In this document: in pieces, positions 1 to 8,007 of the stretch | Layout of the letters: every line of letters starts with the position of its first letter | Numbering within the stretch: position 1 is the stretch's first letter | NCBI GenBank assembly: GCA_020633435.1 | Contig: JACKDP010000002.1 | Span: 567,788-631,787, forward strand | Length of the DNA stretch: 64,000 nt | Reading direction: 5' to 3' | Source: Myxococcales bacterium | Lineage (GTDB): Bacteria > Myxococcota_A > Bradymonadia > UBA7976 > UBA1532 | The notes under the pieces: generated by a model | Told to the model about the DNA's origin: nothing | Seen by the model: only the letters and a program-made list of their open reading frames with translations | The model's database searches: none | Made by a program: the position numbers and the translations under genes

Positions 1-584
1 ATGGCCTCCAGGGCCCCCAGGACGGGGTGCTCGGCGCCGAAGGCCTGGCTGAAGCGGTCCCGCAGGCGCCGGCCCTCGTGCAGCACGAAGCCGGCCAGCA
101 GCAGCGTCAGGAACAGGTAGCCCAGCATCGTGCCGAGCGTCTGCACGCTCTCCTGCACCAGGGCCACGCCCTCCGCCAGGGCCTCGGGCACCAGCCGCTC
201 GCTCACCTGCCGCCGGATCTCCGTCCGCTCCTGCTCAGGGGCCACCCGCGTCAGCAGGCTGTCGACCGCGCCGGACACCTGCTGGGTGATCTGGGCCTGA
301 TATTTCGGCAGCTCCTTGGCCAGGGGGCCGGCCGTGGCCACGAAGACGAGGATGATGCCGAGGGCCGGCAGCGTGGCCGCCAGCTCGGCCAGCAGGATGG
401 CGAGGGGGTGCCCGACGCGGTGGCGGACCAGCCACGCCACCATGGGCGTGACCACCACCGCCAGCAGGATGGCGAGGAAGAGCGGCACCAGGATCGCCTT
501 GAGCTGCACCAGCAGGAACCCGATGAGCACGATGGCCGCCAGGCGGCCGGCCACGCTGCCCCCGCCGGGCGAGCCGGAGAGCAT
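1..584 (-). CDS. AI-2E family transporter (PerM/YhhT-like permease), N-terminal part; gene continues beyond window start
   Basis: Minus-strand frame not in the ORF track because it runs off the window. My translation from the ATG at 584 gives MLSGSPGGGSVAGRLAAIVLIGFLLVQLKAILVPLFLAILLAVVVTPMVAWLVRHRVGHPLAILLAELAATLPALGIILVFVATAGPLAKELPKYQAQITQQ..., i.e. multiple TM helices with AI-2E-like architecture. The listed ORFs 27..656+, 235..759- and 251..856- are wrong frames. Confidence 0.55.
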   Translation of the reverse strand, partial: MLSGSPGGGSVAGRLAAIVLIGFLLVQLKAILVPLFLAILLAVVVTPMVAWLVRHRVGHPLAILLAELAATLPALGIILVFVATAGPLAKELPKYQAQITQQVSGAVDSLLTRVAPEQERTEIRRQVSERLVPEALAEGVALVQESVQTLGTMLGYLFLTLLLAGFVLHEGRRLRDRFSQAFGAEHPVLGALEA

Positions 585-694
585 GGGCAGGGTGTTGCGG
601 GGCGGTGGCGGCTGGTCGTCCAAGGCGTACTTTCGGGTGCAGCAACGGCCGGATGATAGCACCAGCGAGGCCGATGGGAAGGCTCCAATGTAGA

Positions 695-720
695 CGACTG
701 CATACGCATGTTTGCAGTCG
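695..720. promoter_or_regulatory. Perfect 8-bp inverted repeat CGACTGCA-N10-TGCAGTCG immediately followed by TTGACA, inside an AT-rich (~50% GC) divergent intergenic region 585..884
   Basis: Read directly from the sequence. The GC content drops sharply relative to the flanks. It lies between the divergent starts of the AI-2E transporter (584, minus) and the ORF at 885 (plus). Confidence 0.3.
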
Positions 721-884
721 TTGACATGTCCTGTTCCAGCGCACACCCTGCGACCACACTGTGCGAAATCTTGGAATCTCTACGTTTTCCGGCGCGGGTA
801 GGTAGTTTCCGGCCCTTGTATTGTGTTCGGCTTTCTGCTCTCTTGGAGGTGCGCATTGTTCAGACCCCCTCCTGAGGATGTGAA

Positions 885-1331
885 ATGTCTCTCCAGATTG
901 AAGTCCCGCTGCACATGCTGCAGAGCCCTGCCGTCGCCCGCTCGGTCGCGGAGTTGATGAGGGCCCTCGCCACCGATCCCAGCGTCGCGCGCCCCCCGCG
1001 CAACGCCGGCTCGGCCCCGGCGCTGGCCCCCGTCGCTTCCGCCCCGGCGGCCCGTCCTGCCCGCACCGCCCCCGTCTCGGAGGCCTGGAATCGCTACCTC
1101 GCGGCGCTCCCCGAGCCGTCGCGGCGGTTCCTGGAGCTCCTGGAGCAGCGCGGCCAGATCACCGTGGATGAGGCCGTGAGCCTGCTGGGCCTCCCGGGCC
1201 CGAAGGCCATGGGCGGCCTCACCGGCGCCATGCGGCGCTGGGCCCCCAAGAAGGGGGTCGAGCTGCCCTTCATGGCCATCACCGACAACCAGCGCCGCCG
1301 CGCCTGGGTCTGGACGGGCATCCGCGCCTGA
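885..1331 (+). CDS. hypothetical protein (148 aa)
   Basis: ORF with a GAGGA Shine-Dalgarno 9 nt upstream of the ATG. Plausible non-low-complexity segments (RFLELLEQRGQITVDEAVSLLGLPGPKAMGGLTGAMRRWAPKKGVELPF) follow an Ala/Pro-rich N-terminus. No family recognised. Confidence 0.45.
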   Translation: MSLQIEVPLHMLQSPAVARSVAELMRALATDPSVARPPRNAGSAPALAPVASAPAARPARTAPVSEAWNRYLAALPEPSRRFLELLEQRGQITVDEAVSLLGLPGPKAMGGLTGAMRRWAPKKGVELPFMAITDNQRRRAWVWTGIRA

Positions 1332-1455
1332 CCGGCCCCACCCCCCGCCTGTCCCCCCAAAATCCCGCCCAGCACACCGTCCGTGGATCGGCGTCCGCCC
1401 CTCTGGCAGACTGCCGCCACCTTTTGGGCGCCCTCACGGCGCCGGGAGTGCTCGC

Positions 1456-2730
1456 ATGCTGGGAGTCCGCACCTCGTCTCTGCTCGCCCTGGGCCTCGCC
1501 CTCGCCGCCTGCCAGGCCGATGAGCCCGGCGGCCCCGGCGGGGCGCTGCTGCTGACCCCGAGCGCGCAGGACGCGGGCTCCCCGCCGGTGGCCGACGCCG
1601 CCCCCCGCCCCGCCCAGGACGCCAGCCCCCGCCCCGCCGAGGACGCGGCGCCGCGCCCGGAGCGCGACGCCGCGCCGCGCCCGGACGCCTCGCCCGAGCC
1701 CGAGCCGGAGCCCGAGCCCGAGCCCGAGCCCGAGCCGGAGCCCGAGCCGGAGCCCGAGCCCGACCCGCTCCCGCCCGATCCCGGCGTGAACGCTGGCTGG
1801 ATCGGCGGCCCCTGCGCCGGGGACGCCGACTGTGACTACCCGGAGGGCTTCTGTCTGGGCGCGGACGAGGGCTACCCCCGCGGGCAGTGCAGCCTGGGCT
1901 GCGATCGCTTCTGCCCCGACCAGGCCGGCATGCCGGTGACCTTCTGCGTCGACGACGTCATCGTCGGCTCGGGGGCCTGCGTGCAGCGCTGCGACTACGA
2001 GGCGTTCCCCGACGGCTGCCGGCCCGGCTACCACTGCGAGAACCGCGGCCGCTTCGGCGAGCCCGACACCCGCCGCGGGGTCTGCGTCCCCGGCCTGCCG
2101 ATGCCCGATCCCGACCTGGGCTGCGTCGATCAGCTCGACGCCCTCGGGGTGCAGTATGTGCGCGCCAACGATCCCATGGATCACCCCGACGGCCGCGCCG
2201 ATCTGACCTGCGACATCGAGGGGCCTGTGTCGGTCTCCAGCCCGATCAACGGTGTCAACTATCTGTATTACAACCAGAATGCCCCACGACCCATCTTCGC
2301 GTCCTGCCACCTGGCCGCGGCGCTGCACGAACTCTCGGCGCTCCTGCGGGAGCTCGACATCGTGCAGGTGGGCCACATCGGCACCTACAACTGTCGCCTG
2401 ATCGGCGGCACCGACCAGCTCAGCGAGCACGGCCACGCCAACGCCATCGACCTGGCGTGGTTCCGCACCTCCGACGGCCACGAGTACAACGTCGAGGATC
2501 ACTGGGAGCACGACGTCGACGCCCCGCGGACGCACGAGGGCCAGGTGCTGCAGCGCATCGCCCAGGAGATGTTCCGCCGGCGCATCTTCAACATCATCCT
2601 GACGCCCAACTACAACGCCGCCCACGACAACCACTTCCACGTGGATCTGACGCCCGGGGCCCGCTACATCGGCCGCGCCGACGGGCCGGTCGGCGGCGTG
2701 TACATGGGGCCGAACGAGCACGGAGACTGA
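1456..2730 (+). CDS. secreted lipoprotein: lipobox signal peptide, (Pro-Glu)n linker, Cys-rich module, C-terminal extensin-like/zinc-peptidase-fold domain
   Basis: N-terminus MLGVRTSSLLALGLALAAC is a lipoprotein signal with a lipobox Cys. PEPEPEPEP repeats follow, then about 20 Cys in the module CDYPEGFCLG..CDRFCPD..CVQRCDY. The C-terminus carries HLAAALHELS...HGHANAIDLAW...NYNAAHDNHFHVDL, His/Asp metal-ligand motifs typical of the extensin-like C-terminal domain family. A GGGAG RBS is 8 nt upstream. Confidence 0.6.
   Translation: MLGVRTSSLLALGLALAACQADEPGGPGGALLLTPSAQDAGSPPVADAAPRPAQDASPRPAEDAAPRPERDAAPRPDASPEPEPEPEPEPEPEPEPEPEPEPDPLPPDPGVNAGWIGGPCAGDADCDYPEGFCLGADEGYPRGQCSLGCDRFCPDQAGMPVTFCVDDVIVGSGACVQRCDYEAFPDGCRPGYHCENRGRFGEPDTRRGVCVPGLPMPDPDLGCVDQLDALGVQYVRANDPMDHPDGRADLTCDIEGPVSVSSPINGVNYLYYNQNAPRPIFASCHLAAALHELSALLRELDIVQVGHIGTYNCRLIGGTDQLSEHGHANAIDLAWFRTSDGHEYNVEDHWEHDVDAPRTHEGQVLQRIAQEMFRRRIFNIILTPNYNAAHDNHFHVDLTPGARYIGRADGPVGGVYMGPNEHGD
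1693..1764 (+). repeat. tandem hexanucleotide repeat (CCSGAG)x~12 encoding the (PE)n linker
   Basis: Read directly: cccgagcccgagccggagcccgagcccgag...; the antisense translation gives the spurious LGLRLGLGLG ORF 1279..3282. Confidence 0.9.
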
Positions 2731-2734
2731 GCGC

Positions 2735-3796
2735 GTGAGACGCACCGGGGGCGGGTCGTACCCGCTGATCGTGGGGGTGATCGCCCTCGGCGCCGTGCTG
2801 GCCGTCTGGCAGCTCGGCGAGGCGCCGGCGCCCACCGCCGCCCCGCCCTCCGCGGCCCCGCCCGACGCGGCGGTGCCCACGGCCGCCCCTGACGCGGAGG
2901 TGCCCGTGCCGCGGCTCGCCTGGACGCTGACCGGCGCCACGCTCCCCACGGCCGCGGACCTCGCGAGCTGCCTGCGGGCCGGTGGCTGGGACCGCGTCCG
3001 CGTCCTCGGCGGCAAGGGGCGCCCCCTCACCATCACCCATGGACCGCTCGCCATGCCCCTCGTGCTCGAGGCCGGCGCGGACGGCGTCGTCGTGCGCAGC
3101 CCCCTGGCCGAGAAGCGCCACCTCGCCTTGAGCCTGCACGCCGCGGTGACGGCCTGCGCGGCGGAGGGGGCGACGGGGCTGGTGGATGAGGTGACGGGCG
3201 CCCACGCCGAGCAGCGCCCGTCCACCCGCCGCGACGCCGGCCTGCCGCTGCCCCTGCTCGTCGCGATCGAGGCGACGCCCACCGCCCTCTACACCCGGGG
3301 CCTGGGCCGGCTCGGGCTCTTCGACGTCCTGCTGCTGGGGCCCGACTCCCCCCGCAACCGCCGGACGCTGGAGCGCGCGGCCGTGGCCGTCCTGCTGGCC
3401 GACGATCCCGCCACCACCGCCCTGACCCTGGGCGACCGGTCGGTGCCCCTCGTCGGATCCGAGGCCGCGTGGTGGCCGGCCGACGCGCCCGGCGGCCTGC
3501 GGGGCCTGGGCAGCGCCGACGCCGCGTTCGCCCTGCCGGCCCTCCCGGCGGCCCCGCCCACCCAGGCGGCGCCCGCGTCGGCGGCGGCCCCTCCGACCGC
3601 CAGCCCGCCGCGCCGGGTGCGGCCCGCCCTGCCCCACGGCCCCCCGGCCGGCGGCCGCGCCCGTCTTCCGCCCCGAGTATCGCTGACAGGCCAACCGGGC
3701 CGGCGTATGGTGCGGGGGCGGCGCAGCGAGGACACATGGGGCGCATCTACGACGACATCACCCAGACCATCGGCCGCACGCCGCTGGTCCGCCTGA
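2735..3796 (+). CDS. hypothetical membrane-anchored Pro/Ala-rich protein; C-terminal extent uncertain
   Basis: GTG start is coupled to the upstream stop, with GGAG 9 nt upstream. A TM-like segment [19 protein letters not shown] is followed by a globular-looking stretch ([59 protein letters not shown]). The last ~80 codons are low-complexity and overlap the cysK start, so the true stop may be earlier or a frameshift may be present. Confidence 0.35.
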   Translation: MRRTGGGSYPLIVGVIALGAVLAVWQLGEAPAPTAAPPSAAPPDAAVPTAAPDAEVPVPRLAWTLTGATLPTAADLASCLRAGGWDRVRVLGGKGRPLTITHGPLAMPLVLEAGADGVVVRSPLAEKRHLALSLHAAVTACAAEGATGLVDEVTGAHAEQRPSTRRDAGLPLPLLVAIEATPTALYTRGLGRLGLFDVLLLGPDSPRNRRTLERAAVAVLLADDPATTALTLGDRSVPLVGSEAAWWPADAPGGLRGLGSADAAFALPALPAAPPTQAAPASAAAPPTASPPRRVRPALPHGPPAGGRARLPPRVSLTGQPGRRMVRGRRSEDTWGASTTTSPRPSAARRWSA

Positions 3797-4674
3797 ACCG
3801 GGTCACGGCGGGCCTGGGCGCCACCGTCCTGGCCAAGCTGGAGTTCTTCAACCCGCTCTCCAGCGTCAAGGACCGCGCCGGCCTCGCCATGATCGAGGAG
3901 GCGGAGGCCCGCGGCGCCCTGACCCCGGCCACCGTGCTCATCGAGGCCACCAGCGGCAACACCGGCATCGCCCTGGCCTTCGCGGCGGCCGTGAAGGGCT
4001 ACCGCCTCATCCTGACCATGCCCGAGACCATGTCGGAGGAGCGGCGCGCCCTCCTCGCCGGCCTGGGCGCCGAGCTGGAGCTGACCCCCGCCGCCACCGG
4101 CATGCAGGGCGCCGTCGACCGCGCCCGCGAGCTGGCGCGCACGCTGCCCAACGCCTTGATCTTGCAGCAGTTTTCCAACCCGGCCGGCCCCGCGATGCAC
4201 GCCCGCACCACGGGCCCCGAGATCTGGGAAGACACCGGCGGCCGACTGGACGTCTTCGTGGCCGGGGTGGGCACCGGCGGGACGATCACCGGCGTCGGCC
4301 GGTTCCTGAAGGCGCAGAACCCCCGCATCCGCATCATCGCGGTCGAGCCCGCCACCTCCCCCGTCCTGGCGGGCGGTCGCCCCGGCGGCCACCAGATCCA
4401 GGGCATCGGCGCGGGCTTCGTCCCCCCCGTCCTCGACCGCTCCGTCGTCGACGAGTACGTCACGGTGACGGACGAGGAGGCCTTCGACCACGCGCGCACC
4501 CTCGCGCGCCTCGAGGGCATCCCTGCGGGCATCTCCTCGGGGGCGGCGTGCCGCGCGGCCCTCGAGGTCGCGTCCCGGCCGGCGTACGCGGGCGCCACCA
4601 TCGTGACGCTGTTCGCCTCCTCGGCCGAGCGCTACCTGTCCACCCGCCTCTACCGGGATCTCGTCCGCTCGTGA
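3736..4674 (+). CDS. cysK: cysteine synthase A (O-acetylserine sulfhydrylase), PLP-dependent
   Basis: Strong conservation: [50 protein letters not shown]. The ATG at 3736 gives the canonical [14 protein letters not shown]-terminus. Confidence 0.9.
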   Translation: MGRIYDDITQTIGRTPLVRLNRVTAGLGATVLAKLEFFNPLSSVKDRAGLAMIEEAEARGALTPATVLIEATSGNTGIALAFAAAVKGYRLILTMPETMSEERRALLAGLGAELELTPAATGMQGAVDRARELARTLPNALILQQFSNPAGPAMHARTTGPEIWEDTGGRLDVFVAGVGTGGTITGVGRFLKAQNPRIRIIAVEPATSPVLAGGRPGGHQIQGIGAGFVPPVLDRSVVDEYVTVTDEEAFDHARTLARLEGIPAGISSGAACRAALEVASRPAYAGATIVTLFASSAERYLSTRLYRDLVRS

Positions 4675-5348
4675 CCGACGCTCGCTTCTCCGCCCAGGTC
4701 GTCGCCCGCCGCCCCGAGGGGCCGCGCGGCCAGGTGCTCACGCTGGCCGTACCCGCGGCCCTCGCCGCCGCCCATCGGCACGCCGGCCAGTACTGCGCCG
4801 TGGGCGTCTCCGGCGCCGAGGAGGGCATCTTCGCCCTCACGAGCCCCCCCGGCGCGCCCAACTTCGAGCTCTACATCCAGCCGGCCGGGGGCAGCAGCGA
4901 CCGCCTCGTGGCGTGCGCCCTGGGCGCGACGGTCTCGGTCTCGGCGCCGGCGGGCGCGGGCTACGGCGTCGAGGCGGCCCTGGACGCCGGCGGCCCCCTC
5001 TACGCCCTCGGCGCGGGCAGCGGCCTCTCGGGCCTGCTCGCCGCCGCCCGCGTCATCCACGCCCGGGGCCGCACCTTCCGCCTCTACGCGGGCTTTCGCA
5101 CCGTCGACGACGTCCTCTTCGCCGCCGACCTCGCCGCCTTCGCCGCGCGGGGCTCCCAGGTGCGCGTCATCCTCACGCGCCCGCCCGCCGGCCCCGGCCG
5201 CCGCGTCCAGCACGCCCTCGCCGCCGACGCCGCCGACCTGCGGGACGCCTGGGTCCTGGCCTGCGGCCCCGCCGCCATGCAGGCCGACGCCCGCGCCACC
5301 TGCCTGGCGCTGGGCCTGCCCCCCGACCGCTTCCTGACCAACTACTGA
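4671..5348 (+). CDS. FNR-like oxidoreductase with FAD/NAD(P)-binding domain
   Basis: The GTG start overlaps the cysK stop (GTGA). The hallmark C-terminal [29 protein letters not shown] (CGPxxM...F motif with aromatic terminus) and the NAD-binding [12 protein letters not shown] are present. The ORF track entry from 4548 includes the upstream read-through. Confidence 0.55.
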   Translation: MTDARFSAQVVARRPEGPRGQVLTLAVPAALAAAHRHAGQYCAVGVSGAEEGIFALTSPPGAPNFELYIQPAGGSSDRLVACALGATVSVSAPAGAGYGVEAALDAGGPLYALGAGSGLSGLLAAARVIHARGRTFRLYAGFRTVDDVLFAADLAAFAARGSQVRVILTRPPAGPGRRVQHALAADAADLRDAWVLACGPAAMQADARATCLALGLPPDRFLTNY

Positions 5349-5353
5349 GCCCC

Positions 5354-5917
5354 ATGCGCCTCGCCAACCCCCTGGTTCTGCTCGGCTTTCTGCTCGTCGC
5401 GGGCCCCGCCGCCGCCGACGGCCGCGTCGACGCCCGCCTCGACATCGGCCCCAACGGCACCATCCGGGCCGACCTCGTCCTGGACCGGGCCCAGGCCACG
5501 GCCCTGCTCACGCTCGACCCCGAGGCCCCCGACGCGGCGCTCCGGGCGGCCCTCGCCGACGGCCTCGTCCCCGCCCTCGGCCGCTGGCTGCGCCTCTCCG
5601 CCGACCCCACTCCCTGCCTCTGGCAGGCCGCCACCTGGCAGGCCCAGGACGCCGGCCGCTACGCCATCGCCGCCACCGCCGCCTGCCCCCCGGCCCCGGC
5701 CTACGACCTGGACTGGGGTGGCCGCCGCGCCACCCTCGCCGTCCGCGTGGCCTTCAGCGGCCGCGGCGTCGACGACCTGACCCTCGCCCCCGGCGACGCC
5801 CCCGCGCGCCTCATCCGCCCCCCGCCCGCCACCGGCAGCGGCCTCCTGATCCCCGCCGGCATCGCCGCCGCCGTGGGCCTGCTCGGCTTCGCGTGGTGGC
5901 GCCGCCGCCGCCGTTGA
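5354..5917 (+). CDS. secreted protein with signal peptide and C-terminal sorting-signal-like tail (TM helix + RRRRR)
   Basis: MRLANPLVLLGFLLVAGPAAADG signal peptide. The C-terminus is ...PPPATGSGLLIPAGIAAAVGLLGFAWWRRRRR. The track ORF from 4913 is upstream read-through. Confidence 0.45.
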   Translation: MRLANPLVLLGFLLVAGPAAADGRVDARLDIGPNGTIRADLVLDRAQATALLTLDPEAPDAALRAALADGLVPALGRWLRLSADPTPCLWQAATWQAQDAGRYAIAATAACPPAPAYDLDWGGRRATLAVRVAFSGRGVDDLTLAPGDAPARLIRPPPATGSGLLIPAGIAAAVGLLGFAWWRRRRR

Positions 5918-5929
5918 CGAGGCGGCCCG

Positions 5930-6823
5930 TCAAGGTGGGCGGACGAACAGGCGTGGCAACCGCAAGAGGTCGGCCTCGGGACGCACGGGGCCAGGGATGC
6001 AGGTCACGGCCGATGAAGCGCCGGCGCGCCGAACAGCAGCGACCACCCGGGCGTCGTGGGCGCCGTCCGGGTAGGCGAACGGGACCTCGGTCCCGAGCGG
6101 TCGCAGGGCCTCGATGGAGAGCTCGACCTCTCGCTGGAGGGCGAGGTCGTCCACCTGGGTGAGGCGAGGATGGCCGACGCTGTGCGCTCCGACCCGCATG
6201 CCCGCGGCCGCGAGGGCCGTCCAGTCGTCCGGTCGGAGGTACAGCTGGCGCGCCAGATCGTGGGGGAGCTCGACGCCGACCTCGCTCGCCAGCGCCGCGA
6301 GCATCTGCCGCTGCTGCTCGGGGGTCGCGGCCAGGAGGGCCGCCTTCGGCTCGCCGACGATCCAGGCCTGCTTCCCAGGGAGGGTGTCGAGCCGGCCGCG
6401 GAACTCGCCGCCGCCCGGCAGGGGCACCTCGACGAACGGCGCGCAGGCGTGGTCGAGCAGCCAGTACCAGGCGTCGACCGCGGCGACGTCGCGGCCGGCA
6501 CCCTGGAGGCCAGTCGCGACGTAGAAGGTCGCGGTCGCGCCGCGCGCACCGAGCAGGGGGGCGACGACGTCCACGTGCTCTCGATAACCATCGTCGAAGG
6601 TCAACGCGACGCCGGCGGGCGGTGGCTGGTCGGCCGCCAACGCGCTCTCGATGTCTTCCAGAGGCACTATTGGGCCGGCCTCGTCGAGGAGTCGGCTGAG
6701 CTCGCCGATGGTGAGCGCCGTGCCGCGCAGGCGGTAGCACCCCGGCAGCCCGAAGGCGACAGGCCCGTCATCGAGGACGCGGTGGAGCATCAGGATGTGG
6801 GTGGCGTCAGGCGGCCTCGACAT
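5930..6823 (-). CDS. polysaccharide deacetylase family protein (NodB homology domain)
   Basis: LTFDDGYREHVDVVAPLL...ATFYV...GAHSVGHPRL motifs. Last gene of the coupled minus-strand operon. Confidence 0.75.
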   Translation of the reverse strand: MSRPPDATHILMLHRVLDDGPVAFGLPGCYRLRGTALTIGELSRLLDEAGPIVPLEDIESALAADQPPPAGVALTFDDGYREHVDVVAPLLGARGATATFYVATGLQGAGRDVAAVDAWYWLLDHACAPFVEVPLPGGGEFRGRLDTLPGKQAWIVGEPKAALLAATPEQQRQMLAALASEVGVELPHDLARQLYLRPDDWTALAAAGMRVGAHSVGHPRLTQVDDLALQREVELSIEALRPLGTEVPFAYPDGAHDARVVAAVRRAGASSAVTCIPGPVRPEADLLRLPRLFVRPP

Positions 6824-7469
6824 CGACTGCCTTTCGCGCCAGGAACCCCAGCTCCATCACGGGGTGGGGCGGACGGTCGAGGAGGTGGCCGTACACGCCT
6901 CGCCAGGGCTCTTCCCACTGCTGCACGACATCGAAGGGGGCCATGAGGCGGGCAATGGCGCCGCGGTCGAGGGCGTGGGGATGCCCGGCGTTGCGCGGCT
7001 TGTCTGGCGGATTCTCTTCGCACGTCAGCCAGAGCCAGCCCCCCGGCCGCAGGATCCGGTCGATCTCCCGCAGGACCGCGTGGGGATCGGCGGTGTGGTC
7101 GATGCAGTTGGTGCAGATGACCAGATCGCAGGAGCCCGAGACGAACGGCAGTGTCTCGCCCGAGATCGCGGCGTAGGTCACCTCGGCCAGCGGGAGCGGG
7201 AAGCGCGTCGCGTACTGTTCGGCCAGGGGATCCACGCAGATCCGCCGGCCCGGGAGCCAGCGGAGGGGCGTCGTCAGGCCCCCGCCGACGTCGACCGACA
7301 GGGATGTGGCGGACAGCTCCAGCTGCTGGAGGACTTCCCGCATGCGCCGGGCCTGCAGCCAGTAGTCGAGGAGACGCGCTTCGGCGCCCGGAAGGCCGAG
7401 GAGCGGCATGAGCTTGCGGGTCTGCCAGTCCAGCGTCCAGCGGAGTCGCTCGGGGAGGTCAGAAGCCAC
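6807..7469 (-). CDS. class I SAM-dependent methyltransferase
   Basis: SVDVGGGLTTP (motif I GxGxG-like) and ILRPGGWLWLT (motif post-II). The stop overlaps the start of the deacetylase by 17 nt. Confidence 0.7.
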   Translation of the reverse strand: MASDLPERLRWTLDWQTRKLMPLLGLPGAEARLLDYWLQARRMREVLQQLELSATSLSVDVGGGLTTPLRWLPGRRICVDPLAEQYATRFPLPLAEVTYAAISGETLPFVSGSCDLVICTNCIDHTADPHAVLREIDRILRPGGWLWLTCEENPPDKPRNAGHPHALDRGAIARLMAPFDVVQQWEEPWRGVYGHLLDRPPHPVMELGFLARKAVDVEAA

Positions 7470-8007
7470 GGCTCACCTCCCGCGTGCCTGCGAGGTGGAC
7501 CGCGAGGTGGATGGCCTCGGCGGCGCTCGTCGCGCGGTGGAGGCGATCCTCGCGGCGCTGGTCGAGTTGCTCGTCGGCCAGCCGGGCGCTCCAGCCTTCG
7601 CCCTGGTCGAGTACCACGATGGGCTTGCCGTGCTGCCAGGCGAGCGCGATCTCGCTCAGGGTGCCCGAGCCGCCCCCGACCGCGATGACCACATCGGCGA
7701 GGGCGACCAGGATCGTGTTGCGGGCGTAGTTCATCCCGGTCGGCACGGCCAGGTCGACGAACGGGTTGGCGGCCGTGGCCTGGAGGCCCGGCAGCACCCC
7801 GATGACGCTGCCGTCGGTCCAGCCAGCGGCGAGCCGGGCGCCCTTCGAGGCGGCCGCCATCACCCCCCCGAGGCCGCCGGTCGCGACCCGCAAGCCGGCG
7901 TCGACGAGGCCGGCGCCGATGGCTTCGGCTGCAGCCAGGAGGGTGGCTGAGGCGGCGTTGCCACCCACGACGGCGGCGATGAGCCGCCGGGACTGTCCGG
8001 TCATCAC
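7459..8007 (-). CDS. LOG/SLOG-family Rossmann-fold protein (TIGR00725-like)
   Basis: VATGGLGGVMAAASKGA...VIAVGGGSGTLSEIALAW...KPIVVL pattern typical of LOG/TIGR00725-type nucleotide-binding proteins. ATGA overlap with the upstream bEBP gene. Confidence 0.6.
   Translation of the reverse strand: MMTGQSRRLIAAVVGGNAASATLLAAAEAIGAGLVDAGLRVATGGLGGVMAAASKGARLAAGWTDGSVIGVLPGLQATAANPFVDLAVPTGMNYARNTILVALADVVIAVGGGSGTLSEIALAWQHGKPIVVLDQGEGWSARLADEQLDQRREDRLHRATSAAEAIHLAVHLAGTREVSRGF

Noticed and set aside
1279-3282. 667-aa minus-strand ORF containing LGLRLGLGLG repeats
   Set aside because: It is the antisense of the PE-repeat lipoprotein and the next gene. Its composition is Arg/Gly/Ala low complexity typical of wrong-frame ORFs in high-GC DNA.
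3289-4491. 400-aa minus-strand ORF opposite cysK
   Set aside because: cysK on the plus strand has unmistakable conserved motifs. The antisense ORF is Gly/Arg/Ala-rich nonsense.
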